Positions 11,936 to 23,700 of a stretch of DNA of 64,000 bases are shown piece after piece (position 1 is the first letter of the stretch; each line of letters begins with the position of its first letter). Below the pieces are notes generated by a model. The model did not search any database, was not told the origin of the DNA, and worked only from the letters and a program-made list of their open reading frames with translations. The translations under genes and the position numbers were made by a program. Source of the DNA: Lophium mytilinum (taxonomy: Eukaryota); contig MU004186.1 of the NCBI GenBank assembly GCA_010093605.1, positions 1,282,616 to 1,346,615 on the forward strand. The letters are read 5' to 3'.

Positions 11936-12673
11936 TTACTTGGTCTCCTCCGAGAGGTAGGTGATCAAGTCGTTGCGGTCCTTTGGCTTCTTGAGACCGC
12001 CGAAAGCCATCTTTGTGCCGGGGATGTACTTCTTGGGGTTCTCGAGGTAGGAGAACTGCGAGAAGATTAGCTCTATCGACCCAAAGACAGATCTAGGAAT
12101 TGACATACGAGGGTGTCGTTATCCCATGTGATGCCCTTCTGCTTGTTCGCGTCCGTATAAGAGAAGCCTTCGACCTGGCCAGTCTTGCGACCGAAGAGAC
12201 CGTGTAGGTTAGGGCCGATTTTGTTGCCCTCACCCTCCTTTAGGGTGTGGCACTGTGCGCATCTTGTCTATAAAATATTAGTTTGATAGTTGGGCTCGTC
12301 TCCGGGCGCCCGGAGACATGCGGCGTTCATGTCGCGTCGAGAAAACGCACCTTGAAGAGGTTGGCACCCTTCTTGGCATCGCCTGAGAGACCTGTTAGCA
12401 AGATTCGCAGAGATTATGGCATCATGAGTAAGGCAGAGCTCGGGGGCCGCGGAACAACATCGCCAGATCGCGAGCCTCTCGCAGAGCCATTGCACCGTGA
12501 CAGCAGCTATCCGCAGGAACAGACAAGCAGCCATGCCTCACGCGATAGTAGCCGTAGCGGAGCAGCGGATCCGACGATGTTGAAGGGCTTGACGAAGGCC
12601 AAAGGAGCCGTGGCGAGCTCTTTCATAATGACGTGAGGACTTCGGGCAACGTACCAGCTTCGAAACCAGGCAT
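11936..12673 (-). CDS. CYC1: Cytochrome c, 4 exons
   Basis: Spliced product [76 protein letters not shown], with the CxxCH motif. Intron 1 is 12654-12383. Confidence 0.97.
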
Positions 12674-12873
12674 TGTGAAGTGAGAGAGGTGTGTGTTGGA
12701 GAGTGGTGGGTTGTGGACGGGATGGCTGGTAAGGATAGGCTGTGGATGGGACGATGTTTGGGTGTGTGAAGAGAAGGAGAGAAGAACGGGCTGGGCAGAG
12801 AAGAAAAGAAAAGCGTCACCGGGAGCGCATCGACGGCTCTCCTGGTCAGCCACTCGGCTTGTGGCGCTGCCAG

Positions 12874-12943
12874 CCAATAGCAGCCCTTGTGAACGTAACC
12901 CGAGCAAGAATTCTTCCCGGCCTTCTCCGAGCAGCGTCACGTG
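12874..12943. promoter_or_regulatory. Candidate CCAAT, CCG(N7)CCG and E-box sites in the CYC1/SDR divergent promoter
   Basis: CCAAT ~12874, CCG-GCCTTCT-CCG 12917-12929, GTCACGTG 12936-12943. These are short motifs and chance matches are possible. Confidence 0.35.
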
Positions 12944-13389
12944 CCCGTGCTCGGCTTCAACTGCCGGTTCAGAGACGCCTCTCGCCGCCCTGGCCGAATC
13001 CGCAAGGGACGGGAACCGGGAATAAACATGGCAATCATTCACTCTGGCGCATATTGCTGTCACCATTACTCTCTGTATTCTATCTTATGAGGCTATCCAG
13101 AGTCCAGTAATCATGCACTGCCCGCCCAGACGCCAGCCGTCTCTCCAGCCGTCTGTTCTCCACTCTTGATTGATCTGATTTCAAGACTGCGTGCCAACTT
13201 CACGCTTTTGTTCCAACTTCGCCATCTTGCGATCGTGCACCGTCACAGCCGGGGACCCACCTTGGAAAGCCCAATACACTAGACGCAAATCCACCCTCAT
13301 TCCTCGTTGAGGGTACTCTCCTCCCAAAGTAGGATACCGCATACCATCGTGGCTGCGTCATTAGCCTTGGTAGCGTCAGCCTCGCAGCC

Positions 13390-14592
13390 ATGAACCAAAT
13401 TCCGGATGTTCTGTACGCTGACCAAGACTTCACCACATGGCTGATAGTCGGAGCCAGCCGCGGTATTGGATTGGAATTTGTGCGGCAGCTTCTGGCACGA
13501 GACGAACGCATTATTGCGACTGTCCGGGAGCCCTGGGCGAGTCATGCCTCGGGTCTATGGGGACAAGCCGGAAGTGACCATGGCCGGTGTCAGATGTATA
13601 CTTGTGATGTATTGAGTGAGCAGAGTATTGTGGTATGAACTTTCTCTGGATGAATGCTTGACTATAGGTTGACTTCTGTTAGAATTTCGTCAGTCAGCTT
13701 ACTACGATACCCAACCTCAAGATAGACTATGTTGTAATCAATGCTGGAGTTTTGAGATATCCAAATGTGAGCCTCTTTCAATGAACATGAAAAATCTAGG
13801 GAGGATTAATGCTAAATCTACTAGCGCTCTACTGAATGGTCCGTATCTCAGACTTCATATTTCATGTCCCTTTTGATCAATCTCGGGAACTCTCACTTAT
13901 GAGACATTCTTCAAAATAAAGTCTAATGTGGTGGAGCTTGAACTAATGCATCTTGTTATTCAGCTCCTTTGAAGAATTCGCCTTCCACCTACACACAAAC
14001 ACCATCGGCCCCATCATCACAGCCCAAAAGTTGCTCCAAACAAATATCCCCATCGGCACCATAGTCTTCATGTCGAGTGACTCCGGATCCGCCATCAACT
14101 TCCGCGAGATGGAAGACGGGTAAGCCTTTCCGTCTCGTGACATCGAAACATATCTGACCGTCTCGACCTAGATTCGCAGCCTACGCAGCCTCTAAAGCAG
14201 CCCTAAACATGGCCCTACGAGCAAGCCCCCCTTGTCCCACCCCTCTCCCACTCTTACTAACCGCCATCACAGCACATGGCAGCTGAACTAAAGCGTAAAG
14301 ACGACGACACCATCCTCCTCGCAATGCACCCCGGAGAAGTAGCTACGTAAGGCACCTTTGATAATTACTACAGCATAGAATTAATATAACCAGGGATATG
14401 GCAAATATCAATGTCTCATGGCAGGTCGAAGGCATCATCACGCCTGAGGAATCCGTACGCAAGATGATTGATGTTATCCAGAGCAAGGGCATGCAGCATA
14501 GCGGAACGTTTTGGACATATGAGGATAAGGTAAGTGAGTTCTGACGCTGAAGATGGATGAGGGCTGACGTAGTGTAGTTGCATCCATGGTAA
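13390..14592 (+). CDS. Short-chain dehydrogenase/reductase, CsgA (C-factor)-like, many introns
   Basis: IVGASRGIG cofactor motif, INAGV, FMSSDSGS, catalytic YAASK, LAMHPGEV-ATDM, ending HPW*. Includes a GC-AG intron at 14221-14272. Confidence 0.9.
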
Positions 14593-14830
14593 GAACCAAT
14601 TGTGGAAGGGGATTCGTAGGTGGATGAGATGTAGATTCGAGGTCAGAAACGTGTATTGGGTATTAGTGTCTATTTACTTTAGCGTCACTGCGTGCTACCA
14701 AAAAGCCTTTTTGTACTCGGCTACAGATCCAGTCGAAAGAGCAGAAAGGTGCATGAATGAGAACATGAAAAAGAAGGGGGGTAATTAGACAAAAATGGAA
14801 GGAGAACGATTTTAGTACAGAAATCAATGC

Positions 14831-17032
14831 CTATACTTTCATTTCACCAAACCCATCTATGACTTCTTCTAACCCTTCCAAAGTCCCTCCATCCAGAGTC
14901 GCTTCCCCTTTCTTCAATAGTCCAGCGGCTGTAGTGCAGATCTTGTTACAATCCCCTTTGAACTTCCTTTGCACTCCCCTCGGCGCTTTCAGCACCAGCG
15001 CAACAGCCAATTGCCCTGCCGCCGTCCACACCTCCAGCGGATCAACCATCCCAAGTCCCTGTGGCAATGCTGTCTTCGAAGCAGCCGGCGCGGCCACCGG
15101 AAGCGCAGCGAGGAACGAGACATACTTAAGCCAGCTCTCCTTCGTTTGCCCCACCTCCTCCGACTCAACCACAGTGAGCAATACGCGGATGATACTCAAA
15201 ACGCGGTAGGGATATCCACCCCCTTCCCCTCCCTCTCGCGTACCCATCACTCCTGAAGTCGTATTCATACACGCCTGCAAATCCCCCACAAGAATCCCCC
15301 ACCCACCCTGCCCCAAGAACGCCTCCACCCCCGCCGGCACCATCACAACCCCCTCCAACGCCAGCAGCACATGCGTCCTCCACTCCGTCCGCACTCCCCC
15401 CTCTCCCTTCCCACCATCACCACCCCCACCACTCCCAGCATACAAATACAAAAACACATCCATACACCCCGCCGCCTCAGTCCTCAGCTGCGTATTCTCA
15501 TCCTCGCGCAACCACAGCGCCAGCACCCGCGACCCCGCTAACACAACCGGGTCGTCCGCCAGCGCTATACTCGGGCTCTCCCACGTCAGCGTCTTCTGCG
15601 CGTCGGCAGCCCCAGCGATTGCGGAGCTGTGCAGCCCCGAGGTGCCGGCGATGGCGGCGTCGAAGCGGTCGCGCAGGTACTCGAGGGTGAGGGAGGCGGT
15701 TTCGGCGAGGGATTTGCGGAGGGCGAGGAGCGCGGTTGGGGGAATGTCGAGGATATGGGTGTTGTGGGCCCCCGGGGAGTCCCAGAGGGCGACGAGGGTG
15801 CCGATGAAGGCGCCGAGGACGTCGTAGCTGGTCGCGAGGCGGAGGGCGGTCGGGGGGTAGGTTGGGGTGCCGAGGATTTCGAGTAAGGAGGGGATGGTGG
15901 CGCGGATGTCGATGAGGAGGAAGGTGGTGAAGAGGTAGGAGAAGGGGTGGGGTTGGGTGGGGGTTGAGGAGGGGCCGGAGGAGGTTGGGGTGGTGGTGGT
16001 GAAGAAGGGGTCGTAGGACGGGCTTAGGATGGTGAAGCGGTGGATTAGGCGTGTGCAGGCTCTGCAGAGCTTGTTGCCTGGATGGGCGCGGAATGCCTGG
16101 TGGATGGTAGTTGTGAGGGCTGGGAGCCAGGCTGGGATGCGGTCGTACTAGGTGTAAGTGATTAGAATCTCGAGGAGAAGCGTAGGGTGTCAAAGGATGT
16201 AGTAAATCGAAAGCGAGAATAAAATATGAGAGATAAGGAGATCGAAACTCTTTAGGCGACGTTTAATTATATGAGACGTATCGTTTCAAACGGAATCGAA
16301 GAGTTCGTAATGGATGATGCTGCAAACTTAAAGACTTACATCTGATTCTTCGAGGACGTCCGCGATGACTTCAAGAAGAGGTAGTGTCTTTTCTGGTTTA
16401 TGAGACTCAAGTAAAGTAGCAAAGATACTGTCTTCATTCTCCTTAAGCTTTGAAGTGGCCCCTTCATTCTTTCTTTTCTTAATCAACGTGACAAGAAGCA
16501 CCTTTATCACATCCAAAGCGAGGTCGCTCTCCAACGCCAAGCTCACTAGGGCACCGAACCCGTCAACTTGAGAGATTATTAGAGCCCCTTTTGCTCCTCC
16601 GCCTATCCGATGAAGAGCCTGAAGAGCTAAAGTCTGAGTATCCTCAGCAGTGACCGACAGCGCCGCCACCAGACTCCCACACAGCGCGGTCATCCTCTCA
16701 TTCTCCAGCTCCTGCGCATCTAAAAGCGTAGTAAAAGCTTGTATCACTGACACCGCTAGAGTAACCATATTTTTTGCTTCATCCTGGCTCCGTTGCTCCG
16801 TTGGGCGAGCTTTGAGCAACCGTTTGAGGAAATTAGTAGGAATAGCGTTCCAACAGCGTAATATCACCGCTGGATCATCGCGCAAGCTTTCATGCTTGTC
16901 GAGAAGCGTGCGGAGCAGGGATAAGCCGACGAATCGGCGCGTATCATCCTTTGCTTGGAGTAGGGAAATAATTTGATCCAAGGCTGCAATTGGATTTACA
17001 GCTCCGTCTGCGGGAAGAGATGTGGGTTCCAT
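14831..17032 (-). CDS. Neurochondrin-family (DUF1941-like) protein, 2 exons
   Basis: LLQAKDDTRRFVGLSLLR N-terminus; intron 16339-16148; exon 2 has LLIDIRATIPSLL..YDVLGAFIG..RVLALWLREDEN. Confidence 0.85.
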
Positions 17033-17583
17033 GGGTAGAAGATGACGGATGGTCGCCGTTCATGCAAAGGGCCTCAATTGCACAGCCGCTGATCTGGTAG
17101 AGTTGGCATGTTTTTATGTTGCAACAAAAGAGATGGGTCGTGCACGTTTGAGGATGGCCTTTGGAAACCAAGGTTGATTACTAATCACGTCACGTGCAGT
17201 TGGCGATGTATTCATATATCTATGCAATTGACTGTTTCGTTTGAGTCTTTCATTCGTTTAGCTCATACGTGATTGAGGAATCTTCTGAGGGCTGATTGGA
17301 TTTAGCAGCTCTATACTCGGTCCTGAGGATTTACCCTTATACATGAACCTTTCTTTTGAAGTTCCCCTTGAGATGTACGGCCCATGGGTATATGAGCGGA
17401 AGACGTCGCTCGCTCTAGTACAACGCCATATTGCCTTCCAAGGAACGCCAGCCGATGCAACCCTTTAAACGTGTTTATACTCGTCAGAGCCTCCATTGAT
17501 TGAAGGTGACTGTTATAGGCGGCTAAGTAAAGCTCGTCAGCAGGTGGACGCTACGAACGCCCAATGTTCCCTCGAGAATTCGC

Positions 17584-18581
17584 CTACCTCCTAGTCCCGT
17601 TGACGTTCACAGCTCCTTGTCCGAGCTGGCTCGCAACCACCGTTGCCTCTCTCACAGCCCTCGCAACAGTTCCTCTCACTGCTCCCTCCTCTAGCACCAA
17701 GAGTCCACCAATGGTGCAACCACCCGGCGTGCTAACCTTGTCTTTCAGGACTGCAGGGTGCTCGCCATTCAGCACCAAACCAGTTGTTCCACGCATCACC
17801 TGCGCCGCCATCAATTGCGCCTCCGCACGTGGTAGACCCATAGCAACAGCTCCATCTGCCATCGCTTCGAGCATTATCGCAACAAACGCCGGGCCAGATC
17901 CGCAGAGAGCAGTGCAGGCATCCATAGAGGACGGTGGAAGCTGAACAACGCGGCCAATGGAGCTGAAGATCCACGTAACGAGCGCCAGCTGCTGAGGCTC
18001 CAAAGCAGGCGTAGAGGTCGCAATGACGGACATGCTCTCGCGGACAAAGGAGGCGGTGTTGGGCATGACGCGTACAATGCGGCACGCATCTTTTGGCTTC
18101 TCGCCTGTGCCGTATAGGAACTCTTCAATCTGCTGGCCCGTAACGCCTGCTAGGATGCTGATTAGGAGTTTCCCCGCCAACGCTTCCTTCATGCCCTTCT
18201 CGCCGAGGATGTCCTTGAAGCCCTGGGGCTTGCAGCACATCAGTATCACGTCTGCAGCCTTGGTGCCTTCCAGATTTTGGTTGGTGAGGGTCGTGAGAGG
18301 AAAGGGGTGCTCGCTGAGGGCATCGCGGACGGTTTTCTCAGCTTCGCGGCGGGAATCGCAGGCGATGAATTTGTTGGGGAGGCGTTCGATTGGCTCGGTA
18401 GTGGAGGTCGAAGCGCTTGATTTGGAGTCTGAGAGGGACGACATGATCCCGGAGAGAATTGCTATGCCCATCGTGCCTAGGAAATGTGAGCAGGCGGCGG
18501 AGGTGGGGTGGCTGCGAGTGCGCACGAACCGCAGCCGAGGACGGTCAATGTTAGACCTGGGGTAGGGGCGGAGGTAGACAT
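17584..18581 (-). CDS. PRO3: Pyrroline-5-carboxylate reductase, 2 exons
   Basis: MSTSAPTPGLTLTVLGCG-TMG joined across intron 18529-18477; CKPQ, ISILAGV, RVMPNT, TALCGSGPAF, LKDKVSTPGGCTIGGL. Confidence 0.95.
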
Positions 18582-18815
18582 GGTCGGGTTCGAGGGTTGG
18601 AGTGCGTGCGAAGGAGTATTGCGCCGTGGTGTTTGATGGTGGGGGGTCTGAAAAGTCGCGGCGGAAAGAAATCTTGGAGAAAACAAAAGCAAGCCATCCC
18701 TGCACGCCACCACCACCCCTGCCCACCAATCGGGTGATCTGCGGCAATGCATTCATCAACTGCAACGCTTCAGAGCTGTGCTCTCTACAATTTGTGTAGA
18801 CCCCCTCGACTAGCC

Positions 18816-19663
18816 ATGGCCGACCCATTCGAAGTGCGCATGCGCTTCACGAGCCAGCTGCAACACCTCAACGCCTCTGTGACCTCGGCGCAGAAAGCAG
18901 CGAGCTATGCGCTCAAGAACAGAGAGATGGACGAGGATCTGCACTCGTGCATTCTCGAACAGCTTGAAAGAGTTGGTGGCTCTCTCTTGCTCCCTTACTT
19001 GTCTAGCAATGAAAAAGAGCAGTTGTGCTAACGAAGTGCTTTTAAACAGAACAACATGAACAACCGGGCGAACATCATGTACTTCATCGAGCACCTATGC
19101 GACCTGGCCTTGCGAGAAAACCATCCTGAGTTCACACGCATGGTCGAGAGGGATATACTTCGTGTCATTGATGCCGTTGCGCCGAGTGATGGGTCTGGGG
19201 CCGCTAATGTGAAGGTAGTGCGAAAGGTAAACATATTCTATGTCTACGACAAGTGTAGCTACTAACCTGACTGTATTAGGTTCTCCAGGCCCTACAGCAA
19301 AAGAAAGTCCTCCACGCCGACACAGTTGCCGAGCTCGAAGAGTGCCTCAAGGAACGAGATGTTACGGCAGCCCACCCGGCGCTGGCGGAGGGTCCGATGA
19401 ATGGTGCTTCAGGTAAATCGGCAATGCCATTTGGTGGCAGGTTCAACGGATCCGTGAGGCTAGACAAGGACCAGATCATAGTGCGTATTGAGGAGGACAG
19501 AGAACGGCATAAAAGACTAAGAGAGAGTATCTGGGCAGTTGGTGGGGACGATGATGCTGAATTTGAGAAGATGTGGGAGGACGGGAGTGACATTGGGGAG
19601 GATGATTACCTAGCTGCAGAAGAGGATGCGGCCGAGCGAAGACAGACTGTGGAATATGGATGA
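18816..19663 (+). CDS. CTK3: CTD kinase subunit gamma, 3 exons
   Basis: MADPFEVRMRFT..EDLHSCILEQLE / NNRANIMYFIE..AANVKVVRKV / RIEEDRERHKRLRESIWAV. Confidence 0.92.
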
Positions 19664-19897
19664 AATCAGAAGTTTTGCCAGCGCAGTCAGCGCTGTTTCG
19701 TAGGTTGGCGTTTGGTGGATGCATCAGGTGGAGGATAAGGCGTTTTTGAGGAACTGAGATACCATGCAGAGCACTCTGGGTATTCAATCTATGCTTTTGA
19801 ATACATTCAAGAATCTTGAGGTCATATTTGTACAATGCCAACACGCTCCCATACAAGTACATCAGTGTCCCCTCGCCAGAGGCATGCGACCTGGTAT

Positions 19898-20502
19898 TTA
19901 CTCCATCACCACGACAGCTCCTAGCGCTTTAAACGCCGCCATCATCTTCTCGCTTTCCTCCTTTGGTACACCTTCCTTCATCACCTTCGGCGCGCTCTCC
20001 ACGAACTTCTTGCTATCCACCAAACTCAGTCCCAGCATTGCCTTGACCTCCTTGATGACCTTCGGTTTCGCGCCCGCATCGAACGATTGGAGCTTCAGGG
20101 TGAAAAGGGTCTTCTCTTGCACGGCCGGCGCCGCATCCTCCTCTTCCACTGGGGCTGCTACGGCAGCTGGTTGGGCGGCTCCGCCACCGAAGCCACCCAT
20201 GGGCATGTCGGGTATGTTGAGGCGTGACTGTGAGGGTCAGCTGAGGGCTCTACGGACTGGACCACAGAAGTGGAGCCTACCTTCAGGCTCGACACAAGGT
20301 CGGCAGTCTCCAATAACGTCAATTGACTGATCTGATCCACAATTGTCGCGATTTTAGGATTACTAGGTGCGGCCTCGGTGGTCTGCCATCTCCGCGAGGT
20401 CTTGTGCTGGGCGAGGGTCGTAGCAGAGGGACGGAAGTACGGCGAGGATGACCTGGCGGCGCAGACACAACGCCGGAGGGCGCTTTGATAGGTGAGGGAC
20501 AT
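19898..20502 (-). CDS. MNP1: Mitochondrial ribosomal protein L7/L12 (bL12m), 2 exons
   Basis: Arg-rich presequence, IVDQISQLTLLETADLV, EKTLFTLKL..KPKVIKEVK..LSLVDSKKFVESAPK. Confidence 0.93.
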
Positions 20503-20785
20503 GATGGCGTTGATGGGAGCGAGAGTCGTGGAGTTGATGCTGCCCGTCGCTGCGGTCAAAATCTCAGGTCCATTCACAAATGTTGGTCTAGCGGCTTTAG
20601 GAAACGCGGCTTGGCAAAAAAGTTGTCCCAAGAAATTTTGATATCCAACACCCCAACTATATACACGTCCTTCTCTCGGGTGTGAGATACCTCTTTCGCT
20701 TCATAGAGTGAGCGCAAACCTTGGGTAAACTCGCAACGCCCTTGCTCCTCTCACAAAATCAAATCCACGCCCACAACTTTCCGCG

Positions 20786-23700
20786 ATGGCGTCCCCAGTG
20801 GTGCTTGCCGTGGAAGCCCTTAATTCCAAGGCCACCGACACGATATTTCTGGAATATGAACATTTGTTCGTGGATATCTGCGCGCGATGGATCTCCTCGG
20901 AATCGCAGGTCTCAGCTAAACTTGCCGCATTTGGAAGGACTATACCTTTTGCACCTCACCTGGCCGAGCATGTGGAGTACTTCCTTACGAAAACCTATAC
21001 CGAAGGTTTTCTCGGTCCCGCTTCGGACTCGATCACAGAGGGAGAACTATGTGAACTCCTATTAGCAGTATTTCGGCTGCTTAGCTTTGATGATCCTGAC
21101 TTTGCCAAGTACATTCGACCTTTGAAGTTACAGGAACTGCTATCGCACTCCAGCAAGATAGCGCGGTATCTTACAGCTCGAATATTCTGCCTCTATCTCC
21201 ATGCCTCGGATGCTGCTATGGAGGAGCTAATATCAAAATACGTACACCGGAGCCTCGATTCTGAACCCATCCATGGGGAATGGGAAGGTATCGTGATTGA
21301 CTACCGATTCCTTAGCCTTTGGGAGGAGAAGCGTTACAAGCAACTTTCATTACGCAGACGGGCGACTCAAACGACGGAGTCTACAGCCAACGGCCCGACC
21401 AAAATCCTCAATAACATCTCGAATTTATCTCTTGACGTTCACGGCGTATTACTGCCGCGTTTAGATGGACCCACTGAAGGACAGGAGCCATGCAAAGTTA
21501 TTCCAGTGCCAACAACTACAAGAAACCTCAAAGACCTGGCTGTAGGGCTATTGGACCCAAGTCCACTCCTTTTGACAGGATTAGCTGGCTCGGGAAAGAC
21601 TCTCTTAGTACGACACCTTGCGTGGCATTTGAGGAAACTATCCTCAATGGTCACGTTACACTTGAACGAGCAGAGTGATGCCAAGCTACTATTGGGCATG
21701 TACGCAACTGGAGCGAAGCCTGGGACTTTCAGCTGGCGGCCAGGAGTTTTAACCACCGCAGTTCGAGAAGGGCGTTGGATATTCATCGAGGATCTTGATC
21801 GCGCACCAAACGAAGTCATCAGCACGTTGTTGCCTTTGATAGAGCGAGGAGAGCTTCTCATTCCCAGCCGGGGCGAGACTATCCGAGCAGCACGAGGCTT
21901 CAAAATCATTGCGACCATTCGGACTACCCTAAACTCCAAGGGCGAAGAGCTGGTCCCAAGATCGAACATGATAGGATATCGATTTTGGAGGACTGTCGGG
22001 ATCCAGATGCCTTCCCTCGAAGAATTCCGCGAAGTCATTGCCCAGAACCATCGGACGATACTGCCACACATACCTGCGGTGTTGAGAGTGTACACACAAC
22101 TACAACAGCTATACCGGGAGGCTCGCTTTGCTTCAGAGAATGGGACGTCATTAAGAGCTCTGACTCCTCGAGATCTTCTCAAGTGGTGCGACAGACTTTC
22201 TGCTTTGCTTGCTGGGACTTCATCGTTTACTACCGAGAACATGGATGATGTCTTCATGGAGGCATTTGACTGCTTTGCAGGGAGCCTGCATAATGATCTT
22301 GCCCGCGCAAGGGTGATGGCTTGCGTGGCAGAAGAACTCCATATTGATCCGCAGCGACGCGATCACCTCTTGTCAAGACGCGAGGTTAGGTTCGAGGTCA
22401 ACACTAAAATCACTTCCTCGGGAGTGATGCGGATAGGGAGGGCTAAGCTACCACGGCACCGGAAAGCGAATGCAAATAGCCTTGCATCTGCACGGCCTTT
22501 CTCTACGAATGAGTACACTTTACGCCTTCTAGAGAAGATAGCAGTCGCTGTTGATCGCAAGGAACCACTTTTACTTGTTGGCGAAACAGGGACAGGAAAA
22601 ACAACATGCATTCAATTTCTTGCTGATCAGCTGGGTCGAAAACTAGTTCCCTTCAACCTCTCTCAGCAGAGCGAGAGTGGCGACCTTCTTGGCGGTTACA
22701 AGCCTGTCAATATTCGCAGCCTGATTATCCCTATGAAAGACGAGTTTGACACTTTGTTTGACTCTACCTTTTCACGGAGAAGGAACCATCGGTTTGTTGA
22801 GGTTCTAGGAAAGCAAGTGGCAAAGAGGGAATGGAAACGAGTCTGTAAGCTATGGAGGGAGGCTCTTCGAATGCTGGAGACTGCTCGTACGTCTCAAGAA
22901 TCTAGAGCATCTTCCGAAGACGCCGAAAGTGAGCAACCAAAGAAAAAGAGAAAGGTGGACTCCTTGCCTGCGGACTTCCCTAAGTCGCGATGGGAAAAGT
23001 TTGCGGCCGACTTGAACGATCTCGAAGCTCAACTCTCAAGCGGATCTGAAGGCTTCGCCTTTTCCTTCCTCGAGGGAAACATCGTCAAAGCTGTCCGTAA
23101 TGGCGACTGGGTACTTCTAGACGAGATCAACCTTGCATCCTCAGACACTCTTGAGGCTCTAACAGATCTGCTCGGAGGCGGACCGGAAGGGACACCCTCA
23201 ATTCTACTCACAGAAACAGGAAACGTTGAACGAGTCATCGCTCATCCAGACTTTCGAGTATTCGCTGCGATGAATCCTGCTACCGATGTAGGCAAGAAAG
23301 ATCTCCCTCCAGGCATTCGATCTAGATTCACCGAACTTTACGTGGAGAGCCCGGATGGCGATGTGAGGAGTCTACGCAGTATCGTGGAAAAGTACCTTGG
23401 CGGAGACTCGACAGATCCAAGCATCCGCAAAATTGCTCTAGATGTTACCGAACTATATCTAGAGATACAACAATTAGCTAAATCCAACATTCTGGTTGAC
23501 GGAGCAGATCAGCAGGCCCATTTTAGTCTTCGTACTCTGACTCGAGCTCTGTCCTACGCTCGGGAAACAGCGTCTCTATGTACCCTGCGACGAGCGTTAT
23601 TTGAAGGCTTCAACATGAGCTTCCTCACATTTCTCAGTAGAGCATCCGAAGACGTTGCGACTCCTCTGATCAAGAAGCACTTATTCAGCAGTCAGTCGAG

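Noticed and set aside
17584..18828. 414-aa ORF-track model for PRO3
   Set aside because: It reads through an intron and upstream sequence; the GCGTMG dinucleotide-binding motif only forms with ATG 18581 and splicing.
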